Program-made: the position numbers and the translations under genes | Shown: one piece after another, positions 9,761 through 20,107 of the stretch | How the letters are laid out: every line of letters starts with the position of its first letter | Position numbering within the stretch: position 1 is the first letter of the stretch | The notes under the pieces: generated by a model | The model's input: only the letters and a program-made list of their open reading frames with translations | Databases searched by the model: none | What the model was told of the DNA's origin: nothing | Origin: Nibricoccus sp. | GTDB taxonomy: Bacteria > Verrucomicrobiota > Verrucomicrobiia > Opitutales > Opitutaceae | Length of the DNA stretch: 64,000 nt | Reading direction: 5' to 3' | Assembly (NCBI GenBank): GCA_047602425.1 | Contig: JASGHG010000001.1 | Location: forward strand, 2,720,001 to 2,784,000

Positions 9761-10633
9761 ATGACCTCGCTTGCGCTTATTCTGCTGTTGATCGCAGCGG
9801 TGTTGCATGCGACGTGGAACTACTGGGCAAAGCGCGCGGGAGGCGGGCTGCCTTTTGTGTACCTGGTTAGCGTTATGATCGTTGCGGGCTACGTGCCGGT
9901 GGTGACGACGTGGTTAGTCTGGAAACCGCCAGCCTTGTCATGGTCGATGGCATGGGTGATTTTTGCGAGCGGATGCCTGAAAACTTCCTATTCTTTGTAT
10001 CTGCAACGTGGTTATAAACACGGCGATTTTTCGCTCATCTATCCACTGGCCCGCGGTACGGGTCCGTTGCTTTCGACCGTGGGTGCCGTGATATTGCTTG
10101 GGGAGCGACCGGGGCCGGCGGTGATCGCCGGCGGTTTTGTCGTGGTCGGGAGCATCTTTTATCTCACCGGAGGCCTGCGTTGGTTTGTGCGACGGTCGGA
10201 AGGCGAAGCTTCGGTCAATGGCCTGCGTTATGGTCTGATGTCAGGGGTCTTTATAGCGGCCTATACGCTTTGGGACCGCCAAGGTGTATCCTATTGGTTG
10301 ATACCGCCGGTGCTTTATGATGCGGGCACGGCTTTGACTCAACTCTGTCTGTTGACACCCTTCGCCTGGAGAAGGCGGGCGGAAGTTGCGCGAGAGTGGC
10401 GCGAACACCGCAAGCATGCCTTGGTCATGACGCTCGCGGCTCCGGCCGCGTATGTATTGGTGCTGACGGCCATGAGTTTCACGGCGGTGAGCTACGTTGC
10501 GCCTGCACGGGAGGTGAGCATTCTTATCGGAGCATTTTTTGGCGCGAAGTTTTTAAAAGAGAGCGACCATCGCCGTCGCCTTTGGGCTGCCGCTGCGATG
10601 GTAGTCGGTCTGGTCGCGCTGGCTTTAGGCTGA
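9761..10633 (+). CDS. EamA/DMT family transporter
   Basis: About 10 TM helices; motifs 'HATWN', 'GDFSLIYPLARG', 'YVAPARE'. Confidence 0.9.
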   Translation: MTSLALILLLIAAVLHATWNYWAKRAGGGLPFVYLVSVMIVAGYVPVVTTWLVWKPPALSWSMAWVIFASGCLKTSYSLYLQRGYKHGDFSLIYPLARGTGPLLSTVGAVILLGERPGPAVIAGGFVVVGSIFYLTGGLRWFVRRSEGEASVNGLRYGLMSGVFIAAYTLWDRQGVSYWLIPPVLYDAGTALTQLCLLTPFAWRRRAEVAREWREHRKHALVMTLAAPAAYVLVLTAMSFTAVSYVAPAREVSILIGAFFGAKFLKESDHRRRLWAAAAMVVGLVALALG

Positions 10634-10714
10634 TGAGGGGCAGGAGAGGTGCCTGCGTTTCCACAAGTCGCTTGCATGAATAAGCATTTCGGCCGAGTCT
10701 CGGAATGTCCGTCT

Positions 10715-11410
10715 ATGCTGAAGTCATTTCGCATTTCCCTTTTTGCCCTCTTTGCGTTTGCGGTAGTTCCGCTCTGTGCATCCGGACCTTATCTTGGCAA
10801 AGATGCACCGGATGGAGTTTTGCTTTTGCCGCCGCCGCCACCACCGGGCTCCGCGGAGGATATCGCTGACCGCGAGGCCGCTTTTCAGGTTTATTCGACA
10901 TGCACGCCCGAGCAATTTGCGGCCGGCGTGGATCAGCAGCGTGTGACGATCTTCCATCTCGCCCCTTCCGTCGGGGCGTGGTTCAAACCGGGGAAGTGCC
11001 CGAAAACGGAGGCGTTTTTCAAACAGATCACGGACGAATCTTTTCTTGTGACCCGACCCTTGAAACTGGTTTGGAAACGTCCGCGGCCTTATATCTCCGA
11101 CCCGGTTCGGTTTTCGAAAGTGATCGAGCCGGATCCGAATCCCACGCCCACTTATCCGAGCGGCCATGCGACTCGCGCGACACTTTACGCGCTGATTCTG
11201 GCGGAAATTTTTCCCGAACACCGCGACGAAATTTTGAACAAGGCATTGGAATCAGGCTGGCTGCGCGTGCAAGGCGGTGTGCATACGCCGCTAGACATCT
11301 ATGCCGGACGCACGCTCGGACGCGCAATTGCCCAAGCCTTCCTGCGCAATGCGGAATTTCAGCGCGATCTGGCCGAGGTGAAGGCGGAAATTGCCGCCGC
11401 GCAGAAATAA
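10715..11410 (+). CDS. PAP2-family (class A) acid phosphatase, exported
   Basis: Motifs K-x6-RP ('KLVWKRPRP'), 'YPSGH', 'LRVQGGVHTPLD'; signal peptide. Confidence 0.9.
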   Translation: MLKSFRISLFALFAFAVVPLCASGPYLGKDAPDGVLLLPPPPPPGSAEDIADREAAFQVYSTCTPEQFAAGVDQQRVTIFHLAPSVGAWFKPGKCPKTEAFFKQITDESFLVTRPLKLVWKRPRPYISDPVRFSKVIEPDPNPTPTYPSGHATRATLYALILAEIFPEHRDEILNKALESGWLRVQGGVHTPLDIYAGRTLGRAIAQAFLRNAEFQRDLAEVKAEIAAAQK

Positions 11411-11472
11411 CGCACAAACGCGGAAGCCAAAATCTCCGAACGGCGAGTGAAATTGCCCGGGTTGCCCGGCGC

Positions 11473-12684
11473 TTACTTTTTCAACTCGCTCAGGAAAATC
11501 ACGACATCGGAAGGTTTACCCCCGACGCTTGGGTCGGCAGGAGGAACCGAAAGGGTGACCGTTTGCGTGAGACTGCGCACGGGCTGACCTTGAGCGTCGA
11601 GGAATTCCAGCGTGGCTGAATGCTCGCCCGGAGGAAGTTCAAGAGCCGCAAAGCTGAGATACTGCGGAAGGTTATCCCAAGCGCGAATGTCGGCCTGCGG
11701 CGTCGTGGCGGAGGAGGCGATTTTGCTGATAATGCCGACCGTGGCGAGGGCGAGGGCGGTTTTGTCGGTATTGCGGCCGGGGCGATCGGCGGCGACGACA
11801 GCGCCCATCAAGGCGACGTCGCCAACGGTGTCGGAGGCTTGCTTGAAAACAGCTTTGTTGCCGAGCACATGGTCCATGACGCGCCCGCCGCGGGTGGTGG
11901 CTTGGAAATTCAAGTCGTCGAATGGCGGAAGCGCGACGCGACGGCCATCGATTTCGATGCGCGCCGAGCAAATGCGCGAGGGGCGGGTGAAAAACTTCAA
12001 CTCTTCGCCGAATTCGCCGCCGGTGTATTTGGTTGGGCCCTGGCCATATTCGACAAAGAGCATGACGTTGGCCTTGGGATTGTAATTGGGCGGAGTAGTT
12101 CTCCCTTGTTGTTTGGCGTTGGTGCGAGCCCGGGCGAGGGCGTCGGCGCCGTCGCCACCGAATTTTGCCGAAACCAATCCATCGAGGTAATCGAGCAGCA
12201 CGTAGTCGCCGGCGTAGGTTTTGTCGACAGTGTCGCTATCGAGAAGTTCGGCGGTGCGATAGAGGGCGCGGGCATTGTCGGGCTCGCCATCGCGCCAATA
12301 GACGATGCCCCGGTAGAAATTGGCCATCACGCGCTCGTAGGGCTCGCCGATGAAAGGCTTGTCGGACTCGTTGCGGAACAGGCGGCGCGATTTGGCGGCT
12401 TCGCTGTTAATGTTGCCGTAGTTGGCGGCTGCCTGGGCAAGCGCGGAGTCGAGCTTGGCTTTGGCCTCGTCAAACATGTCGCGGCGCAAGGCGGCGGCGG
12501 CGACACGGTATTCCCACAGCACGCGATCCTTTGCGGGTGCCACGGCGAGGTGGGCATTGTTGTCGACCACCGGGTCGCCGGTGTACGGGACCGGCGGTGG
12601 AGGCGGCACGGTTTCGCAGCCGGCGAGGATTATCACCGGCAAGAACAAGCAAAGGCGAAAACGAGTGGAGAGGCTTCGAAACAT
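11473..12684 (-). CDS. COG3014-like TPR lipoprotein
   Basis: Lipobox LAGC; 'GEPYERVMANFY', 'DNARA' and C-terminal 'ADIRAWDNLP' resemble the COG3014 family. Confidence 0.75.
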   Translation of the reverse strand: MFRSLSTRFRLCLFLPVIILAGCETVPPPPPVPYTGDPVVDNNAHLAVAPAKDRVLWEYRVAAAALRRDMFDEAKAKLDSALAQAAANYGNINSEAAKSRRLFRNESDKPFIGEPYERVMANFYRGIVYWRDGEPDNARALYRTAELLDSDTVDKTYAGDYVLLDYLDGLVSAKFGGDGADALARARTNAKQQGRTTPPNYNPKANVMLFVEYGQGPTKYTGGEFGEELKFFTRPSRICSARIEIDGRRVALPPFDDLNFQATTRGGRVMDHVLGNKAVFKQASDTVGDVALMGAVVAADRPGRNTDKTALALATVGIISKIASSATTPQADIRAWDNLPQYLSFAALELPPGEHSATLEFLDAQGQPVRSLTQTVTLSVPPADPSVGGKPSDVVIFLSELKK

Positions 12685-12786
12685 GAAGTGGAAAGAAATG
12701 AAAGACGCCGCGCGCGTTGGCAACACGGCGGCGTCAGGAAAACTGCGGCGGGCGGGACGACGGGCGTGTTGTCCGCTGCGCTGACG

Positions 12787-13773
12787 TTACTTGGACGTCA
12801 GCGTCATATCCTCCATGAGAGCAAGTGCGGTGGCTTCCGTGATATCGCGCACATCGTATTGACGGGCGACGCGACCGGCTTGCTGGCCACGACCGAGAAT
12901 GTCGGCCGAACTCGCTTGGCCGATGATGGCCGAATCAGAAAGACGGACGGCTGTAACCTGAATATCGGGCACCGAGACAACTTTGTCTTCGGAGACGCCG
13001 GTGACTGTGACGTTGCGGCTTGCGACGAGAACCTCGATGGCGACATCGGCCACTTTGGCGAGCGCTTCGCGGTCTTTGCGAGCGGCGTCATTGGCGGGGG
13101 CGACGAAATGATCGAGCGGTTTGTCGGCGATGAGCGAAGCGGCGACTTTTTGGTCGGCCAGCGCGGCGCCGGCCATGCGGAACGGACGGCCGAAAAGGCG
13201 TTCGACTTCACGCACAGTCTGCTTGTCGGCGAGCGTGGGCGCGGTTTTGTCGCCGGCGGTGTAGGTGTTTTGCGCGGAGACCGTGGTGCTCTTCGATTCG
13301 GAGGAGCCTTTACCGTGTCTGGCCGCGTCGTCGCGATTGCCAGTGCTGCCATTGACGACCACGTTGACCTGCGTTTGCGGCGCCGTGGTGGTGCCGGCTG
13401 GTTTGGGATCGCCCTCGAAATTGGATTTCTTTTCGCTTAGCGTGGATTCGGTTTTTTCCGTGCGACCGGAGAGCTTCAAGCCGGCGTTTTCATCGACGAG
13501 CTCGCGGTTGACGAAGAACAGCACGCGGGGCTTGTTGAGTTTTTCGTAAGTGCCACGAAAGGCGTCGATGACTTGTTTGGCCTTTTCTGGAGCGACCAGC
13601 GTACCCGATGGGCCATAGAGACGTTGGGCGGTTTCGGGTGTTTCGGGCGGTGGTGGAGTGGTGACGGGATAGGCCTGTTTGATCGGGACGGGAGGCTCGG
13701 GTTGATCGGCCGCAAAGGCGGGCGCCGAGACCGAGGCCGCGAGGACGAGGGAAAGCGTGAGACGGGTTTTCAT
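12787..13773 (-). CDS. Exported protein, probable CsgG/LpoB-like alpha/beta fold with a low-complexity insertion
   Basis: Signal peptide; 'KPRVLFFVN', 'VADVAIEV', 'AVRLSDSAIIG' strand pattern. Confidence 0.5.
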   Translation of the reverse strand: MKTRLTLSLVLAASVSAPAFAADQPEPPVPIKQAYPVTTPPPPETPETAQRLYGPSGTLVAPEKAKQVIDAFRGTYEKLNKPRVLFFVNRELVDENAGLKLSGRTEKTESTLSEKKSNFEGDPKPAGTTTAPQTQVNVVVNGSTGNRDDAARHGKGSSESKSTTVSAQNTYTAGDKTAPTLADKQTVREVERLFGRPFRMAGAALADQKVAASLIADKPLDHFVAPANDAARKDREALAKVADVAIEVLVASRNVTVTGVSEDKVVSVPDIQVTAVRLSDSAIIGQASSADILGRGQQAGRVARQYDVRDITEATALALMEDMTLTSK

Positions 13774-13863
13774 GATCGTGAATGGGACGAAGGGTTGGCC
13801 CGCGTCGAACGGGCAGGGTCGAACCTATTTAAAGACACAATCCGGCGGGAGAAGTGCCGCGGG

Positions 13864-14277
13864 TCAGCGGGCCTGGCGGACGCGGATGGTGTATTTCCGC
13901 GCCTGGTTGTTCATCGAGGTGAAGGTGACCGCCTCGGTGGTGTTTTCGCCAAGGATGAGCGTCTGCCAGGGCGTTTCGTCGCCGGTGGAAACGCCGTCCA
14001 CGGTTTTGAACACACAACCAACCTGGACCTGAATGCGGCGGCTTTCGCGGTTCTTGATGTTGGCGGTGACTTCGAGGCGGCCATCCGGAAGGTCACGGTA
14101 TTGGATGCCCGTGGAGGTGACCGAGTATTGGACCTGTTTATCCATTAGTACGAAGGCCTCGGTATTTTCGAGGGTGTACTTCGTGGTATCTTGCGGGGCA
14201 AACGGGCCGGGCTCGGTGGCGCAACCCGCGAGAAGAGCGAGTGCGGCGGCAGCGAGGGGAAGAGTGAATATTTTCAT
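13864..14277 (-). CDS. YcfL (DUF1425) family lipoprotein
   Basis: Lipobox LAGC; 'LEVTANIKN', 'W-x-TLIL' pattern; adjacent to an lpoB-like gene, as in enterobacterial ycfL-ycfM. Confidence 0.75.
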   Translation of the reverse strand: MKIFTLPLAAAALALLAGCATEPGPFAPQDTTKYTLENTEAFVLMDKQVQYSVTSTGIQYRDLPDGRLEVTANIKNRESRRIQVQVGCVFKTVDGVSTGDETPWQTLILGENTTEAVTFTSMNNQARKYTIRVRQAR

Positions 14278-14332
14278 GGTGTCGGTAGTCAGTACTGCGA
14301 TGACAGGCACGAACGGGTGCTTGTGCCGTTAA

Positions 14333-14965
14333 TTAACGGTAAGCTGCGTCTTCGAGGCCTTGTTTTTTGATTTCCGACGAACCTTCCCAGATGATCTCGC
14401 TCGTGCGGGCGTCGATGAGCTGGAAGGTATAGAGAACGTAGTCGCTCACGCCTGCCGAGGTGCGGCCGGACATACCGCCGAGTTTGCCGGTAAGGAAGTA
14501 GTCGGCACCTTTGAATTCCACGACGTTTGGATCGGAGCTGGCGGTGACGGCACCTTGTTGCTTGAGGTCACGTTCGCGTTCGAGCGCCTTCATGCGGTCG
14601 CGGGCGAGGAAGCGGACTTTGCCATTGGCGTTTTCGTTGAGCTGCGCGCGAATGCGATCCGTGAACAGATCCTTGTTGATGGCGAAACGCGTTTCGTTGA
14701 CGACCGGATCGATAACGATGCGCGGGGTGACTTTGGCATTGGCGATTTCGGGCGTGCTGAGGATCTTGCGCGCCATCTTGTCGGTGACGGCGACGAGATC
14801 CTGCGATTCGATCCCGGTGCCGGCGACGAAGCCGCGTTCATCGGCTTTCATTTCGGTGACGGGAACGCCCGAGGGATTTTGCACGCCACGGCTGGCGCAA
14901 CCCGCGAGAAAGAGCGATGCGGCCCCGGCGCTGAGGATAACAATTCGTTGTAGGTGGTTTTTCAT
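14333..14965 (-). CDS. lpoB: LpoB-like (penicillin-binding protein activator family) lipoprotein
   Basis: Lipobox LAGC; 'VVNET', 'GADYFLTG', 'FQLIDARTSEIIWEG'. Confidence 0.8.
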   Translation of the reverse strand: MKNHLQRIVILSAGAASLFLAGCASRGVQNPSGVPVTEMKADERGFVAGTGIESQDLVAVTDKMARKILSTPEIANAKVTPRIVIDPVVNETRFAINKDLFTDRIRAQLNENANGKVRFLARDRMKALERERDLKQQGAVTASSDPNVVEFKGADYFLTGKLGGMSGRTSAGVSDYVLYTFQLIDARTSEIIWEGSSEIKKQGLEDAAYR

Positions 14966-15076
14966 CGGTTTGATCTGAGTAGTGGTAGTCGGAAAAATGC
15001 GGACAATTCAACGGCGGGCGAGCGGGTTTTGCGTCCCGGGCTTGCCGCGCTGCGAGGCCAATCGGGATGCGGCGCC

Positions 15077-15652
15077 TTAGCGGCCGAACATGCCATTGGC
15101 CGAGCTCATATTCGAGGAGCCGCCGTAATAGTTATTGATGATGGTTACGTTTTGCGGCGAAGACGCTGCGGGCTGGGCTGCCTGAGCGGGCGCGGGTTGG
15201 GCTGCGGGCGCGCTCACAACCTGTACGGGCTGGGCATACTCATAGCTCGGCGAGTAATAAACGGGGCGGCTGTAGCTATAATAAAAAGAAGGATAACCCC
15301 ATCCGTATCCATAATGGCGATACGGACGCGCGTGGTATCCGTAGTAGTGCGAACCATAGCCATAACCGACGCCATAGCTCACGCTCACGCGCGGGCCCCC
15401 ATGATAGTAACCGCCACTGTAATAACCGCCGTGGTGCCCTCGCGAATCCGAGGAAGCTCCGATCAACGCTCCGGCGGTTGCGCCGAAAGCGGCTCCAGCG
15501 ACGACGTCGTTGCGGTCTCCAGAAGCGCTGCCAATAATCGCGCCAGCCACGCCACCAATCAAAGCGCCCTTCAGTGCGCGATCAGACGCCTGAGTGGTTG
15601 CCGGTGCAAGCGAGGCAACGAGCAACAAGGATAAAGTAATCGAGGTTTTCAT
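15077..15652 (-). CDS. Glycine-zipper exported protein with Gly/Tyr/His-rich low-complexity region
   Basis: Signal peptide; 'GALIGGVAGAIIG' and 'GAAFGATAGALIG' zippers; YG-rich tract; A/P/Q linker. Confidence 0.75.
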   Translation of the reverse strand: MKTSITLSLLLVASLAPATTQASDRALKGALIGGVAGAIIGSASGDRNDVVAGAAFGATAGALIGASSDSRGHHGGYYSGGYYHGGPRVSVSYGVGYGYGSHYYGYHARPYRHYGYGWGYPSFYYSYSRPVYYSPSYEYAQPVQVVSAPAAQPAPAQAAQPAASSPQNVTIINNYYGGSSNMSSANGMFGR

Positions 15653-15753
15653 CGTTTGAATGGGTCTGCGGTTATAGGAAGACATGTCATTCCAAGCAAG
15701 GTTTCAGGAATCGCCTCGTCCGGCTGCCGGCTAAAGAGCAAAATGCCTAATAG

Positions 15754-18700
15754 TCACTTTTGCGGGACCAAAAGCGGTGCCTTAACTTGCGCTTGAGCAG
15801 CAACTTTCCGACTGCGGACCCAGTTTGTAAAACGATCCAGATAGAGGTACGCCACCGGGGTGATATAGAGTGTCAGGAGCTGGGAAACCAGCAGACCGCC
15901 GACCACGGATAAGCCCAACGGACGCCGGGATTCCGCGCCTGCGCCCAGACCCAATGCGATTGGAATCGCTCCGGCCAGCGCGGCAAACGTGGTCATCATG
16001 ATCGGGCGGAAACGTACGAGGCAGGCTTGGAAAATTGCTTTTTCGGCTGAGGTTTCGCCTGCGTCCCGCGCGGACAAAGCAAAGTCGATCATCATGATCG
16101 CGTTCTTTTTCACGATGCCGATCAGCATGATAATACCGACATAGCCCATGATGTTGAGCTCTTCGCCGAAAGCCCAAAGCGTAAACAGCGCGCCGAAGCT
16201 CGCCGCCGGCAAACCTGACAAAATCGTGAGCGGATGGATAAAATCTTCGTAGAGAATGCCGAGCACAATATAGATCACGAGGACAGCCATGATGAGCAGC
16301 AGGCCAAGTCCTTTGAGCGATTCCGCAAACGCTTTGGCGCTGCCTTGGAAGGCGAAGCTAATGGTTTCGGGAAGATGCTGACGTGCGAGTGCCGTGATGG
16401 CATCGTTCGCGTGGCTCAGTGAAGCGCCGGGCTTGAGGTTGAACGAAATCGTGACGGCCGGCACCTGGCCGAGGTGGTTGACGGTAAGCGGGCCGACGGT
16501 GCGTTCGATGCTGGCGACGGCGCTGACCGGGACGAGTTTGCCGTTGCGCGCGCGCAAATGCAGCGACGGCAGGTCGTCGGGATCGCGTTGGAATTCCTGA
16601 CCCACCTCCATGATCACGTAGTATTGATTTGCCGGTGTGTAAATGGTCGACACCTGCCGCGAACCATAGGCGCTGTACAAGGCGTCCTCGATTTGCTGCG
16701 GGGTGAGGCCAAGCCGCGCGGCGCGGTCGCGGTCAATGGAAACGCGGGCCTGCGGACTGGAGATTTGCAGGTCGGAATTGACGTCCACGACCGCATCCAC
16801 TCCGCGGATACGCGTTTCCATGTCACGCGCCGCGGCGTAGAGTTCTTCGAGATCGCTGCCGAACAAGGTGAATTGGTACAACGCACGGCTTTGCTGGCCG
16901 CCGATGCGGATGGGCGGCGGCTGTTGCGGATAAACGCGAAGGCCGGGAACTTGAGCGAGATCGCGGCGCAGTTCCTGGATGACATCGCCGATCGGTTTGC
17001 GCTCGTCGCGATCCTTGAGGCGCATGAACATATTGCCGGAATTAACGGCTCCCTGACCGCCACCGCCCGCGACGGATGACATAAAGGCAGCGACATTCGG
17101 ATTCTTTGCCACGATCGCCGCGGCGGTTTCCTGGTGAAGAATCATCTCGTCGAACGAAATATCCTGCGATGCCTCGGTGGGCGCGCGCACCAAGCCATTG
17201 TCGTCGCTCGGGATGAACCCTTGCGGCAACGCGACCGCCAACAACGCGGTGAGCACGGCCATGCCGACCGCAACTCCCACGGTGGTTTTGCGCCATTGCA
17301 GGCTCACTCGCAGCGTCCGCTCATAGAGCGAGCGCATGCCATCGATAAAGCGCTCCGTATTCCGATAGAAACGACCATGCGTTTTGGCCGCCTCTTCCGA
17401 ATGCGGTTTTAAAAACCGGCTGCACAACATCGGCGTCAGTGTCAGCGACACGATTCCCGAAACGATGATCGATGCGGTGATCGTGATGGCGAATTCGTGC
17501 AGCAACCGCCCGAGAATGCCGCCCATGAACAGAATTGGGATAAACACGGCGACGAGCGACAGTGTCATCGAGAGAATCGTGAAACCGATTTCACCCGAAC
17601 CTTTGAAGGCCGCCTCGCGCACGGTCATGCCTTTTTCGGTGTAGCGAACGATGTTTTCCAACATCACGATCGCATCGTCGACCACGAAGCCCACGGAAAG
17701 CGTGAGCGCGAGCAGCGAGAAGTTGTCCAGCGTGTAGTCCAAAAAATACATCGCTACAAACGTGCCGAGCAGCGCCATGGGAATGGCCACGGCCGGGATG
17801 AGCGTGGCGCGCAGGGTACGCAGAAAGAGAAAGATCACCAAAACCACCAGACCGATGGAAAGCAGCAGCGTAAACTCCACGTCGTGGACCGCCTCACGGA
17901 TTGCCTCCGAGCTGTCGCGTAAAATTTCCAGACGAACCGAGGGTGGGATTTGCTGTTCGAACTGCGGCATCAAGGCGCGGATGCGATCCACCACTTCGAC
18001 GGTGTTGGTGCCTGGCTGGCGTTGCACGGCGAGCACCACGGCGCGGTTGCCCTTGCCCCCCGTGTAATACCAGCTCGCGATGCGGCGATTTTGCACGCTG
18101 TCGATCACCTCGGCGATTTCGCCGAGACGCACGGGCGCGCTGTTGCGGTAGGCCACCACGAGGTCGCGAAATTCTTCCGCAGTGTCGAGCTGGCCGGTGG
18201 CGACGACCTGCATGGCTTGTTTGGTGCCATCGAGCACGCCGGTTGGCAGGTTGACATTATGTGCGGCGAGGGCGCTACGAACCTCATCGATTGCAATGCC
18301 GCGCGAGGCGAGAGCCTCGGGATTCAGGCGGACGCGCAAAGCGTATTTCTGTGAACCGAAAACCTGCACCTGTGCGACGCCGTCGACCATCGAAATGCGC
18401 TGTGCGACCAACGTTTCGGCATACTCGTTGACCATCGATAGCGGCAGGGTGGGGGAACTAAACGCCAGAAACATAATCGGCGAATCCGCGGGATTCGCCT
18501 TTTGCAATGAAGGCGGCGCCGGCATATCGGTCGGCAAGCGGCGTTGCACAGCGGCGATGGCGGCCTGCACGTCCTGCGCCGCAGCGTCGATGTTACGTTC
18601 GAGCGTGAAGGTGAGTGTGATCTGGGTCGAGCCGAGCGCGCTGGTCGAGACCATCGACTCGATGCCGGCGATGGTGGAAAACTGTTGCTCAAGCGGAGTG

Positions 18701-18891
18701 GCGACAGCCGATGCCATCGTTTCGGGCGTGGCGCCGGGCAGACCCGCGCTGACCTGAATCGTCGGGAAGTCGACGCGCGGAAGATCGTTCACCGGCAGGA
18801 GCCGGAAAGCCATGACGCCGAAGACGCACAGCGCCGCGGTCAGCAGCGTGGTCATCACTGGTCGGCGTATGCAAATTGCGGGAAGATTCAT
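15754..18891 (-). CDS. RND efflux permease (MdtB/MdtC-like, HAE1)
   Basis: Motifs 'GFVVDDAIVMLENI', 'GIVKKNAIMMIDF', 'RFRPIMMTT'; about 1045 aa. Confidence 0.95.
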   Translation of the reverse strand: MNLPAICIRRPVMTTLLTAALCVFGVMAFRLLPVNDLPRVDFPTIQVSAGLPGATPETMASAVATPLEQQFSTIAGIESMVSTSALGSTQITLTFTLERNIDAAAQDVQAAIAAVQRRLPTDMPAPPSLQKANPADSPIMFLAFSSPTLPLSMVNEYAETLVAQRISMVDGVAQVQVFGSQKYALRVRLNPEALASRGIAIDEVRSALAAHNVNLPTGVLDGTKQAMQVVATGQLDTAEEFRDLVVAYRNSAPVRLGEIAEVIDSVQNRRIASWYYTGGKGNRAVVLAVQRQPGTNTVEVVDRIRALMPQFEQQIPPSVRLEILRDSSEAIREAVHDVEFTLLLSIGLVVLVIFLFLRTLRATLIPAVAIPMALLGTFVAMYFLDYTLDNFSLLALTLSVGFVVDDAIVMLENIVRYTEKGMTVREAAFKGSGEIGFTILSMTLSLVAVFIPILFMGGILGRLLHEFAITITASIIVSGIVSLTLTPMLCSRFLKPHSEEAAKTHGRFYRNTERFIDGMRSLYERTLRVSLQWRKTTVGVAVGMAVLTALLAVALPQGFIPSDDNGLVRAPTEASQDISFDEMILHQETAAAIVAKNPNVAAFMSSVAGGGGQGAVNSGNMFMRLKDRDERKPIGDVIQELRRDLAQVPGLRVYPQQPPPIRIGGQQSRALYQFTLFGSDLEELYAAARDMETRIRGVDAVVDVNSDLQISSPQARVSIDRDRAARLGLTPQQIEDALYSAYGSRQVSTIYTPANQYYVIMEVGQEFQRDPDDLPSLHLRARNGKLVPVSAVASIERTVGPLTVNHLGQVPAVTISFNLKPGASLSHANDAITALARQHLPETISFAFQGSAKAFAESLKGLGLLLIMAVLVIYIVLGILYEDFIHPLTILSGLPAASFGALFTLWAFGEELNIMGYVGIIMLIGIVKKNAIMMIDFALSARDAGETSAEKAIFQACLVRFRPIMMTTFAALAGAIPIALGLGAGAESRRPLGLSVVGGLLVSQLLTLYITPVAYLYLDRFTNWVRSRKVAAQAQVKAPLLVPQK

Positions 18892-18913
18892 GGATGACTC
18901 CAGTCGGGGCGCG

Positions 18914-20077
18914 TTATTTTTTCGTCTGCTTTTTGACGCTGAGGGCCGCGGCTTCTTCCAGCGTGCGGACAACCACCTTGGCGCCCGGCACGAGCCGGAT
19001 CTGGCCATCGGTCACGATCGTGTCGCCTTCGTCGATGCCTTTGGCGATGGAAGTGAGTTCCCCGGCGGCGCGTGCAATGGTCACGTCGCGTAACTCCACG
19101 GTGTTGTCGGGCTTCAAAATGTATGCCTGGCGGCCCTTTTGTCCGACTTGAATGGCCGAGGTGGGCACGACGATTTGGTTGGCCTCGATGCCAAGGTTCA
19201 ACTCGACGTTGACGAAACGGCCAGGCCAGAGCGCATGATCCGTGTTTTCAAAACGGGCTTTGAGCGTGATCATGCCGGTAGTGGGGTCGACGGTGTTGTC
19301 GACGAAGTCCACCACGCCATCCGCCTGCAGGGAGGAGTCTTCGCGTCCGGTGACGCGCACGGACATGTTGTTGGTTGCGAATGCGGCCCGTACAGCGTCG
19401 ACCAGTCGCTCGGGCACCGCGAAGGAGACGGAGATGGGAGCCAGTTGGTTGATGGTGACAATGGAGGACGCGGCGTCGTTGGCTTTTACCAAAGCGCCCT
19501 CGTGCAACAGGCGTTGGCCGGTGCGGTCTGCGATGGGCGCGCGGATTTCGGCGTAGCCGAGTTGTAGTTGAGCATTGGCTACAAAGGCCTCTTTTGCGGC
19601 GACCTGCGCCTTGGTGGATTCGGCTTGGGTGACCAACTGGGCGTATTGCTCTTTGGAAACGACCGAAGCCTGATCGAGCTGGTGGTAACGCTCGGCATCC
19701 GTAGCGGCGCGATTAGCTTGGGCGCGGGCATTAACGAGATCGGCTTGTGCGATCTGCAGGCTGTTTTCAAAAGGTCGCTTATCGAGCGAGACGAGCAAAT
19801 CGCCCGCTTTGACCTCGTCGCCCTCGGTGAACGCCACGCTCTGGATAATACCATCGACCTGGCTTTTGACCGCAACACTGCGCAATGCCTGAACGGTGCC
19901 GATCGCTTTCTGGGTGATCGGCATCGCCTGACGCGTGGCCTTTGCCACTTGGACCGGCACGGGTTGCGGCGTGCGTGGACCGGTCGCGTTTCGGCTGCAT
20001 CCGGCGAAAAAAACCGCTGCACCCAGCAAGCAACATGACACCAGACCGACACTACGCATCCAGAAAGAGAGTTTCAT
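18914..20077 (-). CDS. RND periplasmic adaptor (MdtA-like membrane fusion lipoprotein)
   Basis: Lipobox FAGC; lipoyl and hairpin motifs; 'VDPTTG', 'LWPGRFV'. Confidence 0.95.
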   Translation of the reverse strand: MKLSFWMRSVGLVSCCLLGAAVFFAGCSRNATGPRTPQPVPVQVAKATRQAMPITQKAIGTVQALRSVAVKSQVDGIIQSVAFTEGDEVKAGDLLVSLDKRPFENSLQIAQADLVNARAQANRAATDAERYHQLDQASVVSKEQYAQLVTQAESTKAQVAAKEAFVANAQLQLGYAEIRAPIADRTGQRLLHEGALVKANDAASSIVTINQLAPISVSFAVPERLVDAVRAAFATNNMSVRVTGREDSSLQADGVVDFVDNTVDPTTGMITLKARFENTDHALWPGRFVNVELNLGIEANQIVVPTSAIQVGQKGRQAYILKPDNTVELRDVTIARAAGELTSIAKGIDEGDTIVTDGQIRLVPGAKVVVRTLEEAAALSVKKQTKK

Positions 20078-20107
20078 TGTAACAAGTTCAACGGATTTAG
20101 CCCATCT

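Noticed and set aside
11620..13440. Long alternative ORFs (e.g. 11620-13440 +, 6940-8463 +, 1960-3222 +, 36649-38238 -, 57359-58531 -)
   Set aside because: Antisense shadows of well-supported genes, expected in high-GC DNA with biased codon usage; no recognisable motifs.
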